Of a stretch of 64,000 bases of DNA, positions 61,506-64,000 are shown piece by piece (the first letter of the stretch is position 1; each line of letters opens with the position of its first letter). The stretch is taken from assembly GCA_965603825.1 (NCBI GenBank), contig CBFDEM010000055.1, forward strand, positions 186,001 to 250,000, written 5' to 3'. The notes below the pieces were generated by a model. It was not told the DNA's origin. It did not search any database and saw only the letters and a list, made by a program, of their open reading frames with translations. This DNA is from Blepharisma stoltei ATCC 30299. Its lineage: Eukaryota > Protista > Ciliophora. The position numbers and the translations under genes were made by a program.

Positions 61506-63012
61506 ATGGGATGCTGTTGCTCGTCTACAGATTTAGCAAGGCCAATTCCCCAACCGAAATCTCTTCAGTTGTTAGGCTCTCAATCACCTACAAGAAGAAG
61601 TGGCTTCATCAAAGTGACTTCGAGAAATATCCTAGATTATTATGAAATTGTCAAAGAAATCGGAGTAGGCGGATTTGGCACTGTTTTTGAAGTCCGCGAT
61701 AAAAGGTCAGGTTTACGTCGAGCTATGAAGGAAATCCCAAAAGACAATTTAGATGAAGCAAAATTTCAAAAAATGATAGAAGAAGTCGAGTTAGTCAAAA
61801 ACATGGTAAAATTCTATATAGGATCATCCAAATATAATGAGAATTTATGAGGTCATAGAAACCTCAAGATTCTACTATGTAATAACCGAACTCTTAGATG
61901 GAGGAGAACTCTTTGAAAAATTAACTAAACAGAGAAGGTTTACTGAAAAACAAGCTGCCAAATATTTAAGGGATATTATGTCTGCACTTAATTATTGCCA
62001 TAAGCAAGGGATTGTACATAGAGATATTAAGCCTGAAAACTTGGTATTTGAATTTCCAGACGATAATTCGAATTTAAAAGTCATTGACTTCGCAATTTCT
62101 CACAAAATAAACCAAGAAGAAAAAATCACTGTTATAAATGGGACATTATGGTATATGGCGCCTGAGATTTTAATTGATCACACTTATGATGAAAAATGCG
62201 ACATATGAAGCGCAGGGGTTATTCTTTTTATAATGCTCAGTAAGGGTTACTAAGGTGGAAGCCCTCCTTTTATGGGTGAAACAGAAGCAGAAATAATTTC
62301 AAACATTAAAAATCATTACCCAAAATTGAACTCACAGATTTGGTTTTTTATGACTGAAGAGTGCAAAGATTTATTAAGAAGAATGCTTACAATTAACCCA
62401 AAAGAAAGGCTAACTGCTGAAGAAGTTTTGGCTCACCCATGAATCAATATGTGGGAAAGGCATGGAATTGCAGAAGTCCCAATTAGCAAAGATGTTTTGA
62501 CTCACCTTAACCATTTTCATGTAATTTTCATATAGAGTCATTCCAAATTATCAAAATCCATCATGCTTTATATCAGTTACCAACTTTTTACAAAAAAAGA
62601 AGAACAGTCACTAACTGAAATTTTTAAATCAATTGATAAAAATGGAGATGGTCTATTAAGCAGGGAAGAACTTATCGAAGGATACAAGCATTTAGGGATG
62701 TCAGCACAAGTAGATGTTGATGAGATTATGAAAAACTGCGACTTGGATAACAGTGGAACCATTTCTTTTTCAGAGTTTTTAATTGCAGCTTCACAATGGA
62801 AAAGCATTTTTAAGAAAAATCAGTTAAGGCATGCTTTTGATGAGTATGATTCCAGCAAAGATGGAAAACTTTCACTAGATGAACTGAAAAAACAGTTCCC
62901 AGAGATACTGGATACAGAGTGGAAAAAGCTTTTTGAAGAAGCTGATGAAAACAGAGATGGCCAGATTTCTTTTGAAGAGCTTAAAAATTATTTATTATCA
63001 ACAATTAAATAA
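61506..63012 (+). CDS. Calcium-dependent protein kinase (kinase + 4 EF-hands); introns at 61806-61821, 62240-62254, 62521-62535
   Basis: MGCCCS, IGVGGFG, DHPNI and LSGSPPF restored by splicing, HRDIKPEN, EF loops DKNGDG/DLDNSG/DSSKDG/DENRDG. Confidence 0.94.
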
Positions 63013-63027
63013 AATTTGATAAATTAG

Positions 63028-63648
63028 TTATGAAGAATGGGAATGTAAAAAATAGCAAGTTCTGCATACAGGCTTGTATTTGTCAGGGCCACCTATAACT
63101 TTTATTGCCTGCTCTTGTGTCAGCCTTGCACTAAATGCTGCATCATCTTTGCAATAGTGGCAGATGCTGCTTAACTTAGTAACTCTTTCTGCTTTGGCAA
63201 TTAATTGACAAATAGTCCCAAATGGTTCTCTTCTGAAATCAGAATCTAGACAAGCAATGATCACAATTTTACCTCTATTCGCCATATCTTCAACAAAACT
63301 GATGATGTCTGAGAAAAATTGCCCTTCATCTATCCCTATAACGTCATGAGAGTCAGCTACATTTTCAGCCTCATATAAAGTATCACATGCAAATGCTTCT
63401 AAGTAGTTTACCAAGTCATGAGTAACGACTTTATCTTCATCATTTTCATAGCGGGCATCTTTAGTTTTAAGCAAAATGCAGGAATCATTACGGACTTTGT
63501 ACCTCCGGATTCTACGTAACAGCTCTGTAGACTTTCCAGAGAACATAGGACCAAAAATAACTTGTATTTCTCCTTTTTTTACCTTAGACGCCTTAAGCGG
63601 TAATTTTTCGGGCGTCTCATATGTTGGCGCGATTATCGATTCAGACAT
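63028..63648 (-). CDS. TK1: Thymidine kinase (TK1 type)
   Basis: GPMFSGKSTEL, IGIDEGQFF, CHYC..VIGG..Y.PVCRTC. Confidence 0.96.
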   Translation of the reverse strand: MSESIIAPTYETPEKLPLKASKVKKGEIQVIFGPMFSGKSTELLRRIRRYKVRNDSCILLKTKDARYENDEDKVVTHDLVNYLEAFACDTLYEAENVADSHDVIGIDEGQFFSDIISFVEDMANRGKIVIIACLDSDFRREPFGTICQLIAKAERVTKLSSICHYCKDDAAFSARLTQEQAIKVIGGPDKYKPVCRTCYFLHSHSS

Positions 63649-63832
63649 TTATTTAATATTTTTATTTGTAAAAGTTAAGGCGTCGCACTTATCTCCATTT
63701 ATACATCCACAAAATCATCTAAATATCTATTATGTTAATCACATTTATTGTAATATGATTATATAATGAAAATTTATGCTAATTATATTTAAAAAATTAT
63801 AAGTCAGCTTAATAATAATTCTGAAGCTTAAT

Positions 63833-64000
63833 TTATTGAAGATAAGGAATGAGGTATTGGTTAACCTGCTCATGAGTTAAATCGCAATGCCCAGCTTCAA
63901 TTAAAGTTCTAATAATCTTTCCTTCAGCATCCATGTTTTGGGCGCCAAGATAGTTGTTTACATAGTCCAAAGTTTCGTTATAAGCTTGCATTATTTCAGA
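63833..64000 (-). CDS. PPT1: C-terminal end of a palmitoyl-protein thioesterase (partial)
   Basis: Y..NYLGAQNMDAEGKI...GH...YLIPYLQ* resembles the PPT1 C-terminus (LGLKEMD..G...GDHL...IIPFL). Confidence 0.65.
   Translation of the reverse strand, partial: SEIMQAYNETLDYVNNYLGAQNMDAEGKIIRTLIEAGHCDLTHEQVNQYLIPYLQ

Noticed and set aside
1-64000. TGA as selenocysteine; telomere repeats, IESs, CRISPR arrays, rRNA/tRNA genes
   Set aside because: TGA aligns with Trp, not Cys; none of the other features was recognisable, and IESs cannot be called without germline reads

Overview
AT-rich, very gene-dense eukaryotic DNA, almost certainly the somatic (macronuclear) genome of a heterotrich ciliate such as Blepharisma (inference). 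In-frame TGA sits at conserved Trp positions (DHHCP[TGA], DFG[TGA], SH3 DG[TGA]W, receiver MPVIDG[TGA]), while TAA/TAG end genes. Introns are 15-16 nt (GTA...A10/11...AG). The supplied ORF track therefore fragments most genes; re-reading gives about 44 genes. These include PDHB, RPL15, HSD17B10, ALG13, SAM synthetase, Ubl-RPS27A, a PP2A-like phosphatase, TK, PPT1, an ATG8-like gene, ATG101 x2, CHFR x2, NEK/Aurora-like/CDPK kinases, a membrane PDE and a hybrid His kinase. Highlights: (1) a single-chain DOMON-cytb561-cytb5-FAD/NAD(P)H reductase; (2) a 5'-truncated LINE with a 14-bp TSD whose empty site is visible in a tandem paralog; (3) a fast-diverging HExxH gene array co-duplicated with ATG101; (4) a GYF gene lacking any upstream ATG (candidate AUU start); (5) a 44-aa microprotein missing from the ORF track; (6) an intron present in only one of two CHFR paralogs; (7) intergenic gaps as short as 7-18 nt. 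All calls come from manual reading; no searches were run.
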